A stretch of 64,000 bases of DNA from Adineta vaga (GCA_021613535.1 CP075492.1:3782001-3846000), one strand, 5' to 3'. Numbered from the stretch's first letter, positions 41,977-55,936 are shown. Translations and numbers: made by a program. Notes: a model not told the origin generated them from the sequence alone.

Positions 41977-42403
41977 ATGCAATTATTAAAAGTAGTTGTT
42001 TTTGTTACCTATATGATATTTTGTATGTCGGCTGATTATTCTACTATATATATTGCAAAGATGTTCTGATCAGAATGTTTATTCAGACAAGAGACAACCA
42101 TGGTTGTGATGCAATTATTCCTAGTTGTGGTCCAAAAGGTAAGTGTTGTGATCGGCATGATGAATGTTATAAAAGACATGGATGTCGTGCAAATAGTTGG
42201 GGTTGGTCATGTAGGAAAATTGAATTATATCTTTTTTTAGTTCGTATACATATATGTATTTTGTAGGGATACCCGGTGTAGCAATATTCGATTCATGTGC
42301 TCGATGTAATAAAGCTGTTTTATTTTGTATAACTAATCTATTTGTATGGCCTGGACCAAGTGAATGTTGTATAAATAGAAATTGTGGACTTCATAGGCAA
42401 TAA
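41977..42403 (+). CDS. Small secreted phospholipase A2-like protein
   Basis: CCDRHDECY (CCxxHDxCY) motif; hydrophobic N-terminus; last exon CARCN..ECC..C. The first intron boundary is uncertain. Confidence 0.65.
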
Positions 42404-42488
42404 ATGATGAAAATGTGATTAGTACAGATTTATTTAATAAGGAATGTTATTTATTCTTAGAAAAAGAAAGATTTATCACTGAATGAAC

Positions 42489-43442
42489 CTAAGTTTTATT
42501 CTTATTGACTGTTAATGTTTGAACGTATCCAACATGAATTTGTTTTTCTTCATTGTCCTTTTCGTTATCTGTTAATATTTCTTTAATAGTTTCTTCCAAA
42601 TCTTTTGGAGGTCTTTGTAATAATTTTTCTAAAATCATATCACTTTGTGAGAGATCTCCACGTTGTAGTGCTAAATAAATGCTAGCCCATATTCGTACCC
42701 ATATTTTATTTTGAGTTTTAATATGATGATTAATGTATTCTTCAAAAGAAACAATTTTTATCGGAATCGAACGATTTAATATTTTTGAAATAATCGAAGC
42801 TGTTTCTTTTAATGTATGAAGTTTTGAACCAGTTAATAAAATCGTTTTATTTTCATACATATTTGTTGGTTCTATTAATATTTTTGCCGTTACTTCAGCT
42901 AAATCATCTCTTGAAACAAACGCAATTTCACCATCAGCTGGTATAATTATTTCATTTGTTGTTTTCGCATCAAAATATCCAAGAAAAAGTGGAAAAACTT
43001 CGGAATAAAATCCTTCCCGAATAATTGTATATTTTAGAGATGATGATTTCAGAAATTCTTCTGTATTTAAATGTGCATTCATTACTTCGACATCTTTTGC
43101 ATCTGCAAGTGATGTACTTGTATAATAAATATGTTTAATACCAACATTTATCGCAGCACCAATTGCATTTCGATGTTCTACAGTTCTTTGTTTAGTATCA
43201 ATTGTAATTGATGAGATTAGAAATAAAATTTCTCCATCTTGAAATGCTTTTTCAAGAGTTTCTTTTTTCTTATAATCTCCATGACGTACATCAAAAACAA
43301 GTTTTTCTAATTGAGAATCAATACCATTGGAATCATAAACAGATATAATTAGATCTTTTGGATTAACACCAAACTTTAACAAATAGTGTAAAACTCTTGA
43401 GCCAAGTGCACCAGTTGAACCAGTTAAAACAATTTTACCCAT
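42489..43442 (-). CDS. NmrA-like atypical SDR oxidoreductase, intronless
   Basis: IVLTGSTGALG Rossmann motif; VGIKHIYYTS, YTIIREGFY, FVSRDDLA. Confidence 0.9.
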   Translation of the reverse strand: MGKIVLTGSTGALGSRVLHYLLKFGVNPKDLIISVYDSNGIDSQLEKLVFDVRHGDYKKKETLEKAFQDGEILFLISSITIDTKQRTVEHRNAIGAAINVGIKHIYYTSTSLADAKDVEVMNAHLNTEEFLKSSSLKYTIIREGFYSEVFPLFLGYFDAKTTNEIIIPADGEIAFVSRDDLAEVTAKILIEPTNMYENKTILLTGSKLHTLKETASIISKILNRSIPIKIVSFEEYINHHIKTQNKIWVRIWASIYLALQRGDLSQSDMILEKLLQRPPKDLEETIKEILTDNEKDNEEKQIHVGYVQTLTVNKNKT

Positions 43443-44115
43443 TTTCGTTCTCACGATTAATCTGATCAAATGATATTTTTAATGTCTTTTCCTGATAAGC
43501 AATCTATCCTTTTTTTCTTAATTACGTATATACATTCAAAGAGTGCACATGGTATTGCTATTTACGTCAGTGTTACATTTGTTTTCGTTTCTTTATGAAT
43601 GATAATATGCGAACAGAATAGATTAAGACACTATTCTCTTACTTTATATCCTCAGAGAGAGAGAGAAAGATACAGGCACCCACATTCTCACTCGTTTTTT
43701 CTGTAAAAGGCAAACAAACAACACGTCATGAATAATTCCGAATGAGATCAAACCTTATCAGCACATAAAGAAATTCAATGTTTTGATGAATCAAATAAAA
43801 CTGATTTAGTTAAACATACGAGAGTGAATGAAGATATGAGATAATATAAATACCTCACGCTTGCACGCTCTATTTCATAATATGATAGAAATATGATGTT
43901 TTCTCCTAACTAAACTAGAAATACAGATATATGAAATAAAATAACTGTCTATGCATATATGATTATAATGGTTATATTGAATTTTCATTGTGCATGAAAT
44001 CATTGATTAGTTTTTTTTTCTTTCTCAATACTTCACATGGTCAAAACAATACATAAAATAATGTGTTTAGACTAGAAGCGTGTGGGTGCGTAAATCATAA
44101 GATCCACATCCACCC

Positions 44116-45346
44116 TTATTTGCATAGACGTTCAGAATGCTTTCGTGCTTCATCTAATTCATTTCGTGGTACAAGTGCTTTGTAATGTGTACCAACATTG
44201 ACAAGAAAAGCAGTATGTTCCACATATTGATCACGTGGATTAACAACTGTCAATAATTCTCCAGCACGAAAGATGACTAATTGAACATGATATCGATCTG
44301 CTACAGCTATATTAGCCAATTCATCTGCATATGTATTAGGATCAGTCATAGAATTTGCCCAATCTATTAATTCTTTTTCACTGACTGTCTCTCCAGGTCG
44401 TAATACAGTTGAATAATAAGGAATGTTATACAAAACATGATCAATAACTTTCTCACGTAACTCATTATAATAAAAATCCGGTTTTTGCATGCCTATATGT
44501 TCAAATGATATCTATTTTTTAACTGTAAATATATGTAAATTACTTACCGGATATGAGAATAGCACGGAAAGCGCATGACTATAACGAAATGAATGAAATA
44601 GTAAGAGAATATAATTTTTGAAATCTTACACCATCACCAGTAACTTCAACAGAATGAAGTCCAAATTGACGTTGTATTTCTTCATCAAGATTATGTAAAT
44701 CAATATTTCGATTACTTTTAGCGGCAGTAGTGAATTCCAGAAGACGTTCTCCTTCAGAACCTTCTTGTAAACGTTGATTGCGTTCGGTTGCAGCAATGAT
44801 TTGTGTCATTTCATCGTAAACATCTGGTAGTGAATCAAGTTTCTTTGTCATAATCAATTCTCCAAGTAATTCAATTCGTTCACGTATTCCATTACAAGTT
44901 GGTTCGAGTAATCGAAATATCTAATGAATGATCAGATTAAACAAGAAGATAATTCGATATTAATATATTTACCGAAGGATGATTATCGTATTCTTGTTTT
45001 TTCTCTTCACATTTTTCAAATTCCAGTGAGCCACCATTCATATTCGTTTCTGTTTTGCTCTGTAGATAGTCATCCGGGAATGATATACTCTGTTTGATAA
45101 TAGAACGTTGTTGTTGAATTACAGCAGAATCTGACGATATTGATCTGGAGTATCGAGTGTCTGTAGATTGTAAATTATCGCACTTTGTATCATCGATTTT
45201 TAGATTGTCCATCAAACTTTCGTCATCATTATGCTCTTTATTCTTGAAAGAAAAATACATTTTAGAATATATAATTTGTTTATAGAGACTCAGAAGTATC
45301 TTCATACATTATCGTCGGTCTTGTTTGATTCTATGTTTTCTGCCAT
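44116..45346 (-). CDS. OTU-domain deubiquitinase
   Basis: Spliced VTGDG|SCAFRA (catalytic Cys), YADEL, VGTHY (catalytic His). Confidence 0.85.
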
Positions 45347-45517
45347 TAATATATCGAAATGATCGTTTAGTTCTTTTTTTCAATAAATAAATATTGCTAA
45401 TAATAATATCTAGAATATGTATACAATAATAAGGATGTGAAACATCATGTGATAACGTTTATTATGTTTAAAAAATAGTTCACACAAAAAAATGTCTGAT
45501 AAAATAAATCATGTTCA

Positions 45518-46453
45518 TTAATTTAATGAATAATACATACAACTCGATTTACAATGTCGTATGAAATGTTTTGTCTTCTTGTCAATATCAATTTTGCCTA
45601 AACAACTCCAACAAAATCGTTGTCCACAATAATTTCGACCTCCATGATCACACTCTCCTTTTGATTCTGCACATATATGTGTTCCAAACCGACAACAAGT
45701 CATAACATCACAACCTTCATGTTTCATAATGGGAGTACCACATGCTTCATTTGGACATTTTTTCGTGTTCACAAGAACAGTGACATCAGATGCTAAATCA
45801 TCATTTTGAGCTCGTTCTTTATCAAATTCATTACACTCATAGCCTTTATGCCATTCAATAGAATGACGAAAACATAACATTTGACCACAAGCATGACATA
45901 CATAATATCTACAAACAATCAATCAATGAATAAAATATTTACGAGAAAATGTTATCCTTATCTTACCCAAGTAAATCTTTGTGATTAGATACAAGTTGAC
46001 CAGCACCACATCCTTTACTTGATTTACACCATCTGAATTCTTCATCAGCTTCTAAAGCTCGGTGTAATAGCAAGTTATCAACGATTCCAATTAAACGTTT
46101 GTCTAACAGTTGATAATATTCTTCTGGTTCAAATTTAACAGTACATGTGGGCATTGCGCATCGCAATATATAAGATCCTTTTGATTCAATATCAGCAGTG
46201 ATAGATTGTGTTAGACATGCCACACAACCATTCGCTGTATGTTTACAATTCTCAGAAAGATTAACTAATCGACAATCATTTTCCGAACAAATCGAACAAT
46301 GACCTTGTTGTTCGCCGTAAAAACGAGATGTTGATGTATCTTTAGCAACGGTGGAAGATGATTTTTCAGTGTCTTTTTTCTTCGAAATATTCATCTTCGA
46401 CTAGAATATAAGATTTAATAATTATCAAAATCTTTTTACCTTTAACTTACCAT
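45518..46453 (-). CDS. RBR (RING1-IBR-RING2) E3 ubiquitin ligase
   Basis: RING1 CSIC..CKH..CVAC..CAMPTC; IBR FRWC..CGAG..CHACG..CFRH..WH; RING2 KKCP..C..EGCDVMTC..FCWSC. ATG at 46453 is followed directly by an intron. Confidence 0.9.
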
Positions 46454-47127
46454 AGTTGTCTATGTGTTCGTCGTTCTCTACAAAAATGTTTACAAGCAGG
46501 TGAGTTTTATTTCTTTTACTTTTATATACTTGTCTTGTAGACAACAGCACAAGATTGCGAAAAAAAAACTATTGTTAATTATTCTTTTGCAATGGCACAT
46601 GTGCGTTCTTTTTCTTTCTTCCGCTTCAACATAAAACGGTTTTTTCCCAGTCATCGAATCACTTGAATAAGTACATATATATGAAAAGTATTATAGTAAT
46701 ATAATATACTATTGCGCAACGTACAATTTGATTGCTTTACATCAATTAATCGTTCTACTGTACAAATGATAGATACTTATATTTTATGCAAAACAGATCA
46801 CTTTCCAGAAGAAAGATTTTGTCTTGAAATATATAATTATTGATCTATTTTTTTAACATATCAATTTTCAATTTTATTTTCAAGTAATATAATCTCCTAG
46901 GTATAGTCAATATTTATTAAAAACATGTACGGTCTGAACGAATATCAATGATTAATCTAATTACTTTGAAAATTGATATGATTGTTTTATTAATAATTCT
47001 GTTTTTATGAGTATTGAATGATCTATTTAGAGGAGTAGTATATAAAATAAATCACGCCTTTTACTCGTCACTCAATATACACCTGTTCTATTCAAGACGA
47101 AGATTTCTATTTATATGATATTTCATA

Positions 47128-48712
47128 ATGAATACACAAATCATATGTATGATGATATGCTATATTGTCGTTTCTGGTCATTTTCAACAACGTCATTCTC
47201 ATGTAAATGATTGTTTATGATCAGAAAAGTGATATTTGTTGTTTATGTATTAATATTGTTTAGATTGATTTAGTAAATGAAGCGAAACATGTGAATAAAA
47301 ATGCAGTTCAAGTATTAATCATCGGTGCTGGAATAGCTGGTCTAGAAGCTGGTCGATTGTTGCAAAAACAAGGTATTCAAACAATGATATTAGAAGCACG
47401 AAATCGATCTGGTGGTCGTGTATGGTCTTATCGTTCTCAATCCGGTCATATGCTTGATATTGGTGCAACTTGGATACATGGAATTGATGGTTCCATTCCC
47501 GATGGCATTCTAACTAATCCTCTCTGGGATCTTACACAGGAAGCGAAACTTTCAACGCGAAAAACACAGGTCTATGATATTCTACAAATCTATCCTGGAA
47601 ATGATACTAATTTTGATGTCAATCAATGGTTCCATCAATACATCGCGTATGTTCGTGAAGAAACACTAATGAATTCGATAAATCTATCACTTGGTTACTA
47701 TGCAGATCGTTTCATTACTCAAATGAAATTTACTAAAAAAGAAGAAAATATTTTTTATAATCATTTACATCATGTTATTGAATGTAATGAAGGAGCAGAA
47801 TTGAATGATATCGGTGCTAAAATTTTCCTTGATTTTACTTCTACATATTACGGTGATGAACATATCTTTCATAAAGATGGTTTTATGTCATTAACAAATT
47901 ATCTCTCGAAAGATATATCCAATATTCAATTCAATGAAATTGTTTCGAAAATAACATATCATAATCAAACTGTTGAAGTAAGAACAAAAGCCGGGCATAT
48001 TTATTATGCTGATTATGTTCTTCTCACCGTTCCATTAGGAATTTTAAAACAGAAACAGATTGAATTCAATCCCGTTTTACCTCAATGGAAATTAGATGCA
48101 ATCGATCGAATTGGATTTAATATCTTTGAAAAAGTTTTTCTTCTATGGGATCAAGCATGGTGGAATGCAAGTAATTTTTATTTCACACGTTTTTCATCGA
48201 ATCCATCTCGAATGGGATATTGGGTTAATGCAAATAAATGGAATGATAAACCAGCACTTATATGTTTTTTCGCAGGAAAAACAACACCACAATTATTATC
48301 GATACAAAATCGAAATGCATTAATAGAAGAACTTCAACATACGTTACAAGAAATGTTTCCTGGCACTACCGTTCCTCGACCAGTGGAAGTTCATGTAACA
48401 AATTGGTATGAAGATCCATTTTCTTATGGATCATATTCATATATTTCAGCAAAACAAAAATATGATGATCCTATTGCTTTAACTGAACCATTGAAAGATC
48501 GATTATTATTTGCTGGTGAAGCAACAACTCTTGGCACTTATGGTTATGCTCATGGTGCATTATTAAGTGCACGAAGAGAAGTTACTCGTCTTCTCTATGA
48601 TTATGATTTATTATCCACAAAAAATCATACAAATTCTCAATCAACAATGATTATATCCGTTCAATTATTGATCATCTTCTCGATGATATCTCTTCGATTT
48701 TGCTTATATTAA
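47128..48712 (+). CDS. Flavin amine oxidase (PAO/LSD1-like fold) with signal peptide and GPI-like C-tail
   Basis: GAGIAG..EAR.R.GGR, TVPLG, FAGEAT, HGALLSA. Exon 1 (47128-47202, MNTQIICMMICYIVVSG) splices in frame to 47264. Confidence 0.9.
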
Positions 48713-48814
48713 AAAATAAACATCTTTTTTCTTTAATTAGTTTATTATTCTAACATATTTTATCATCTAATATACGAATTAAAACAAACGTTTGATATGT
48801 CATGACAGAAATAT

Positions 48815-51800
48815 TCATCCTAAAATAAATATGAACAAATACAGTCACGAATTTTTCAATATCTCTCTGAATTAAATAGCATACCTAATAATTCCGAATC
48901 AGTTCGAGTCCGTTTCGGCATTTCAATTTCATCACCACCAATTTTCTTGATTCCATTCATTAAACATTCGAAATATTCAAACATATCATCTTGCTAAAAA
49001 AAACACGAAAAACATATTGATTGAGAATATTTTTCATTTGGCGAATATCATTTACTTGATTTTGTATTGCGCGCACGCGATTTTCGAGTGTTTTGATTTT
49101 GGTTATAACAATTTCTTGTGGAGAATATCTAAAGAGAAAGATCAAATTGATGATAAAATACAAAACATACATACATTCGTTCTTCATCGAAATCTGTTGG
49201 AAAATCCATTTGTTTTCGATCGATTTTTGAAAAAAAGTAATAAACTTCATTTCCTACTGCATCTTCAATTGCTTCTATATTTCTTGTCATTCTTGCATCG
49301 GTTACAATTCCTTAACAAAAGAATATATCGATCATATCAAAAAATTCATGTTTGTTCTTTCTTTACGAAATTTTGCTTTATTTTTATGTTGAATATATTT
49401 CTCATGAAACCAATGAATATCGAAATAATGTGAACAAAAATAAAGTATCACACGCCATATATGTGAAAATATAATCAATGGTGGTGGAAGTGTTGGACGT
49501 GTTAAATGATAACAAACTAGAGAATAATGTTGAAATTTCCATATACAATCTGTATCAGCTTGAAGTCGATCAAATGTATTACTAAAACACAAAATCATAT
49601 TGTGAAATGAGTCTGAATAGGAAAACTATACTTACCTAAACATAGCAATAAGTAAGTTAATCAAAAGAACACTACTCATAGTCATATATGCAATTAAAAG
49701 AATGAAAACTACATAACCACTAATATCATAATCTCCTTAGAAAAAAAACAATTCAGATAAGATTTTTCCTTAATTCTATGATTTTTCCCTTTTACTTTCA
49801 ATTTCATCAAGTACTGTTAATTCTCCAAAGATTTCCCAATAAGCCATATTTAATATACTTCGTGGCATATGCCAAGAAAATTTTTCAACACCATACATTA
49901 AACTATATGCTGGAACAGCAAATGCTAAGATAAATACTGTTAACATAATCATATAAAACTTCAAATCATGAACCTTATGATTAAAATACATGATAAAAAT
50001 GACGAAAATGTTCATTTCTGAACTTACCATTTCTCCAATCATGACAAGTTTTGGTCCGAGTTTTTTCACTGCTGAGAAGATATCTAATGTTCGTATATAC
50101 CAAATGGATAAATCAATTGCGAAAATAATTCTTGCCGCACAAAAACAATGATCCAATGGATAAAATCGAAGGAATAATGCAATGAAAAATAGAATGACTG
50201 ATAAAACATCTAATTTATTCCAAAAGATAGATAAATATCCGACGATTTTTCCACGAATTGTTTTCAATTCCATTCCTATAATTTGTCGGATTTCTTCGAA
50301 AAATAATGTTATCATCCAAAAGATTAAAATCAATTCCGTTGTCGATGGACGTGACCGCTTTTGAAGACTATATCGCTCAGATTCACTGGTATTTGTCCTA
50401 TTACAAAGTAAATATACTTCTTCAACTAATTCATACTTTTGTTAAAATACACGTACGAATTTGCATAACGTATATCTTCAAGTCCAATAATACATGTATT
50501 TGATTTGAAATCATATAATGGAAAAAAATCACATAAGATGACATAGGAGAATAACATTAGAAACAAAATATGCGAATACTAAAATGAAATCTTTGTTTAA
50601 TAAACGTTTTTTTTTAATGAAAAATCAATCATTCTTACCAAATTATAAAGGAAATTTACGTATGGAGCATCGATAAACTTGGATACATTGCTACAATATT
50701 GATTAAAACTAGATTTAATTCTAAAGAACGAACAATTCACAGTTATACCATCAAATATCTGAATATACTTTATTGATGTAGCAACTGAATATGTATCGGT
50801 AAATTCTTGTTCTTCATTCGGTTCATCTTCCATTAATTTGCATTGAACATTATCTTTTGATCTAAACAAATTCTCGTTCGAATACAATTTAATTTTTCAG
50901 TCAAATTCACATTACTTATCAACCATATAGGCTAATCTTGATACATCATGTCGAATAAAACTTGATGTATTCACAGAATCCTATTTAAAAACAAAACAGA
51001 TTGATATTTCATCGATATACTTCATTGGAAATCGTACTTTATTAAAACGAATCTTATCATTGATTTCCACCATTTCACTATGATAAGGAAGAAATCCGCT
51101 ATACCAAAGCATCAATGTTGAAAATATGATATTCAGATGTCCTACACGATGATCAATATAACCATACCAAATACTACTGAGAACATTCTGTACTGCTCGT
51201 TGTGCTATGAATAATTTCGCTTCTGCCATAACAGCTAAATGTAACCATGTAACATTTCCAAATTGTGGAATTTCACGTATAATAGCTTTTGTACATTCGG
51301 ATGGATGAAGACGATAGAATTTATCGAGAATTTGTACTGCTAAACTTTCGAATTGATTGGCCCATTCATTGTATCGTAGATCTTTTTCTTTTCGTGCTTT
51401 ACTTTTATAGAGTAACGTTGCAGTTAGAGCCGCGCCTTTAATACAAATATTTATTTTTAACATTCATCTAACAATTCATCTACTTACAAACTTTATTTTT
51501 TCCTCGAGCCCAAAAAAGTAACGCTAATTCTTGTTTGCCTGTTAATACTGACCAAAGAAACAGTTCTTTTTCCACATCAATTGTATTGATTTCATGTCCA
51601 TTTGATTCCCTGTTATTACTACTAGGTCGATCTATTGTTTCTGTGAATGAAATTTCATGAGGAGAAAACATCGCATCAACTTCGAAGAAATCTCCGATCA
51701 ATGGTTGAATAATATCTTTATAAATTGTTCGTAAAGGATCATCGAAATTATGTTTAAAAAGATAATTCTAAAACATTCTTACAGATTTATTTCATTCATA

Positions 51801-53775
51801 GAAGTATAATTACCTCATTTTGATAAAGACTTAAAAGTTTATTTGGATTTTGAAATGAATCATTCATAATAAAATCATGATCAAGAAATAGTTGAACAAA
51901 AGATGATTGATTTCTTGCCAATGCTTTATAAAACAATTCATTCAAATCAATTTTCTAAAACGAAATTTCAATTGATAAAATCTTATATTTTCAACTTACC
52001 ATCCAATCGCGATCTGTTTTCATAATAAAACTTTTAACAATATCAACTCGATTCCATTCTAAAGCTAAATTCAACTGTTCTAATTTTTGTTCGACATTCG
52101 CTTCGTTCGAATTTGTTGCTAAAGTTTTTTTTTCCTGATAACAATCAACATTTCAAAGAAATTATTTCTTTACCATTTAATAGCGCTTGTAAAATTGCTA
52201 AATCAACATCTCGTTCTACATGATTATGCGCTTTGAAATCAATAAAATTCAAAAATATCATTCGACTATCAATGCATTCATAAATCAATTGAAAATAATC
52301 TAATTCTTCATCCAAATCGCCCAATAAATGTAAATTATATTCATCATAAACTGTTTGTAATCGTGCACGAAGTTTTCCCTTTATTTCTTCATTTCGTTCA
52401 GATATCAATAATGGATTTAGACTAAACAAAAACACATTTTCTTTGATCTCGAAAATTTTCAAGTTCACTAACTTTGCATCATTCAATGTTCGTGGTCTTG
52501 GCCGATGTTCATTATATAAATGATAACATTTAGCAAATAAATCACAACAACCACCTGTACCTTTCAAAAGAACAACTGGAATTTTGTTTTTCATCACACT
52601 TTCATGAACTGAAAGAAGACAAGTGAGTTTACAAATGATTTGAAAATTCAAACCTTTTTTTATTGTTTCACGTCCACCATCAATTACAAGAAGAACAACC
52701 GGAACACTATCTAATTAACAAAAACAAGAATTGAAATAGAGTCTTTATAATCTAAAACCTATTTGTGAGTGAGATGATGTTGATTTCTCTTCACTTTGAC
52801 TTTTTTCGGAATTGTTTTGTTGAACATTTTGAAAATTAAATGCTTCACTGGAAATGGATTTTTCAAATTGTGTACGAAATTCTGTTTCTCCACCATATTG
52901 ATATTTCGTTCCATCATCAATAAAGATAAACTGTGTATGATTGGGTTCAAGTGGTGTTTCATTATTTTCATTACTAAGTGATTTAGCATAAATTACATTT
53001 GTTCCATGAACATCCAATTGTTCAACACCAGAAATACAACCCCATGGTGCAATTCCCTTTTATTTGCATTTCGAAGTTTTAACAAAAATATTCTAAAGAA
53101 AAAACTTACAATTAAATGAATTGGTCGTGATGGATCAGGATTTGTTCGAATTATTTCACCAATTAATTTCGTTATACTTGTATTAACACCACCTGTGATA
53201 ATCCAAACATCTTTAAGGGAAGAAAAAGCGAGAATTAAATAGAAGAATTCTTCAATAAAGTCTTTACCCGTAGTTTTTGCTACTTTGAGAAGACCTTGAC
53301 GAAAGATTCGAAATAATTTCGATTTCATATTGTACTCTCTTGCACTTCCCGTCACAGATATAACTAAGGATGGACGCTGAACGAATCAACATATTTATTC
53401 GATATAAAAAGTCGAAATCATTTACTTTATTATCACATCTTCGAACAAGTAATTGTTTTACATATCCCGGTGATGCATTTGAAGGTACTCGAATAAAATT
53501 CGCTTGATTAGATTGATTTCGGCCGACTAAAATTCAAAATTTCAATTACTAAATCTCAAATTAAATTAATTTCAACTTACAAATAATTGTTCCATATGAT
53601 TGAATACCAAGTGTATTAATCAACTAAATTATATTTCAACGAATATTTCAAGATTAAATCAATCCTATTGTCTTACATAATTACTATCTTTTCGATTATC
53701 ACGTGCGGATAATGTTGTTGAAATATCCACTAAATGATCGGTCATTAAGTTTGAATTACTTGACGTATTTTTCAT
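48815..53775 (-). CDS. TRPM-family cation channel, paralog 2
   Basis: Same motif series as paralog 1: WIITGG, GIAPWG, LEPNHTQF, FWNKLD, YWEIFGE, WKFQ, LPPPL. Confidence 0.92.
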
Positions 53776-54256
53776 TTTTGTTCATTCAATACATCGATGT
53801 TTACAATCCCTAGATAATATGAAAGATAATAAAAGAAAATGATGGCATGATACACAATCGACGTGCACTCACATACCATGTCTTATCTAATTACGTCTGT
53901 TGTTTTTTTCTTCTTCTTAATTCTAGAAAGAATTGAAGAGAAAAAAAGAAATTTATCACAATTTATTGATAGATAGTCTAAAGACATTCTTAACTTTTCG
54001 AAATGGATTTGACTCTTCTCGATCTAATCATTTTTTTTTTCATGAAATAAACTCAAGCATTCACCTTGTACTACATTCTATAAAGAGAATTCGGACTTGT
54101 ATACAAAAAAAAAGAACGATCATCGAAAACTGTACATGTGATACAATGTGTACATTCTGAGAAACATTTTTTCTCTTTTTTTACGCTTATTTATATCCGA
54201 AGATAAAGTGAGTACTATTTCAAAAGATTTTCTTCACATTGATTAACATTATCATA

Positions 54257-54903
54257 ATGCACAAACAACTTATCCTCCTTTTTCTTACATTGATCTGGCT
54301 TGTTAATGGTCGTGATCGTGAGCGATACGATGATGATCAAGATCGATCTAATCGTGGTCGTAGCCGATATAGTAATGATCCGGATCGATCTAATCGTGGT
54401 CGCCATAGATATAATAGTAATCATGATCAATTTTATAATTGTCAACGATATGAAAATAAAATTTATCAATTAAAGATTACACTTCCTGGTAAAGAACCGT
54501 TTTATGCAGGATTAAGATTGCAAAGCTATGGAACATTTGATGAATTATTTAGTATTGCTGGTGGAAATAATACCGATGAACTTGGCATAAGTTTTGCTTT
54601 AAGTAACCGTGTTGGTTATTATAAATGTTTAGCTGATGATCGCAGCAAGCAACTGGATATGGTTATCTTTATAAAACAAACGATGTTCAATTTTTAAAAG
54701 ATAATGGTGCTGTTGTTATGCATGATTATCTTTTCAAATTCTCCGATCATGGTCGACGTCTTACTGGTAAAGTCAAATTTGCTGTTTTTAAAAATGGTGA
54801 AAATCCATTTACAACAAAGGATAAACCAGAACTTGAAGGTGAATTAGGAGAAGTTGAAGGTGAAATATTAAAATTCAAACGACGTTTTTCATTAAGTCTT
54901 TAA
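54257..54903 (+). CDS. Secreted hypothetical protein with DRSNRGR repeats; frameshift near 54645
   Basis: Signal peptide; 42-nt-period repeat. The second frame ATGYGYLYKTNDVQFLKDNGAVVMHDY continues to the stop at 54903. Confidence 0.6.
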
Positions 54904-55223
54904 TAGTATTCAATTATGAATACATCACTTTATTCACCATTTTTTATACTTAATCATATTGCATGAAATTTCATTTCACATATATAAAAATAAAATTCTT
55001 GAGATTTATATACTGTGCAAATCATCAATGAGTTGCACTTTCTGTCGGACTTGAAAAGACTTGTTTTTATTGTAAAAACAAAATCCATAGCAATCATTTT
55101 TTTCCAGTTCTGTTTGATAATGTACATGTGCGTTTTTCTTCCTTGCATTAAAATCATACTGAATGCATTCTTCTGCGATGATTTTCGAAAAACAAATCAG
55201 TAGTGGACGTAATTCGATAGAAA

Positions 55224-55935
55224 ATGACATCAATTACTGAAGATTATTATGATATTCTTGGAGTTAGTCGAACAGCAACGGATGAAGAAATCAAACGTGC
55301 TTATCGAAAATTGGCATTACAGCTCCGTAAGAGAATTCTTCATAGTTTCGCTCTTCGAAAATGAAAAATATTATTTAGATCCCGATAAAAATTCCGATCC
55401 TCATGCAACGGCTCAATTTCAAGCTGTTTCAAAAGCTTATAAAGTTCTAAGTAATCCAAATTCACGAAGAACTTATGATCTTTTAGGTTCACAAGGTTAG
55501 ATAGTCTTTATCACATTGATTTTCTATTAACCATTCGTTTTTATCCATTCATATAGCTGCAGACATCGCTAATCAATATGATGGTAATATATCTTCGTAA
55601 AAGATTGATTCATTTATTTCTATCATATGAATATTTTTAGAATATCCTCAAACATTTACTAAATTATCAACATGTTCAAAAGTTACATTAGTCATAGCCT
55701 TTCTCCTTACAGGTTGTTGTTTTGGTTGCGGATGTTGTTGCTGTTGTTGTTGTTTTTGTTTTTGTAATTTTTGCTGCAAAAACTGTTGTGGAAAATATGA
55801 AAAACCTACTGTTCCTACTGAAGCTGTAAGTTTTGATTTGTATTTTAAGAAATTATTCATTCAAAAAATCTTTAGGAAACAGACTCAATTCATCAACAAC
55901 CAACAGATTCTGGTCATAATTCGGATAAATATTAG
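55224..55935 (+). CDS. DNAJC5: Cysteine-string-protein-like DnaJ co-chaperone
   Basis: [17 protein letters not shown]|HPDKN J domain followed by the cysteine string [22 protein letters not shown]; four short introns. Confidence 0.8.
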
Positions 55936-55936
55936 T

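Noticed and set aside
55648-55860. Poly-Q ORF on the minus strand
   Set aside because: It is the antisense shadow of the TGT-rich cysteine string.
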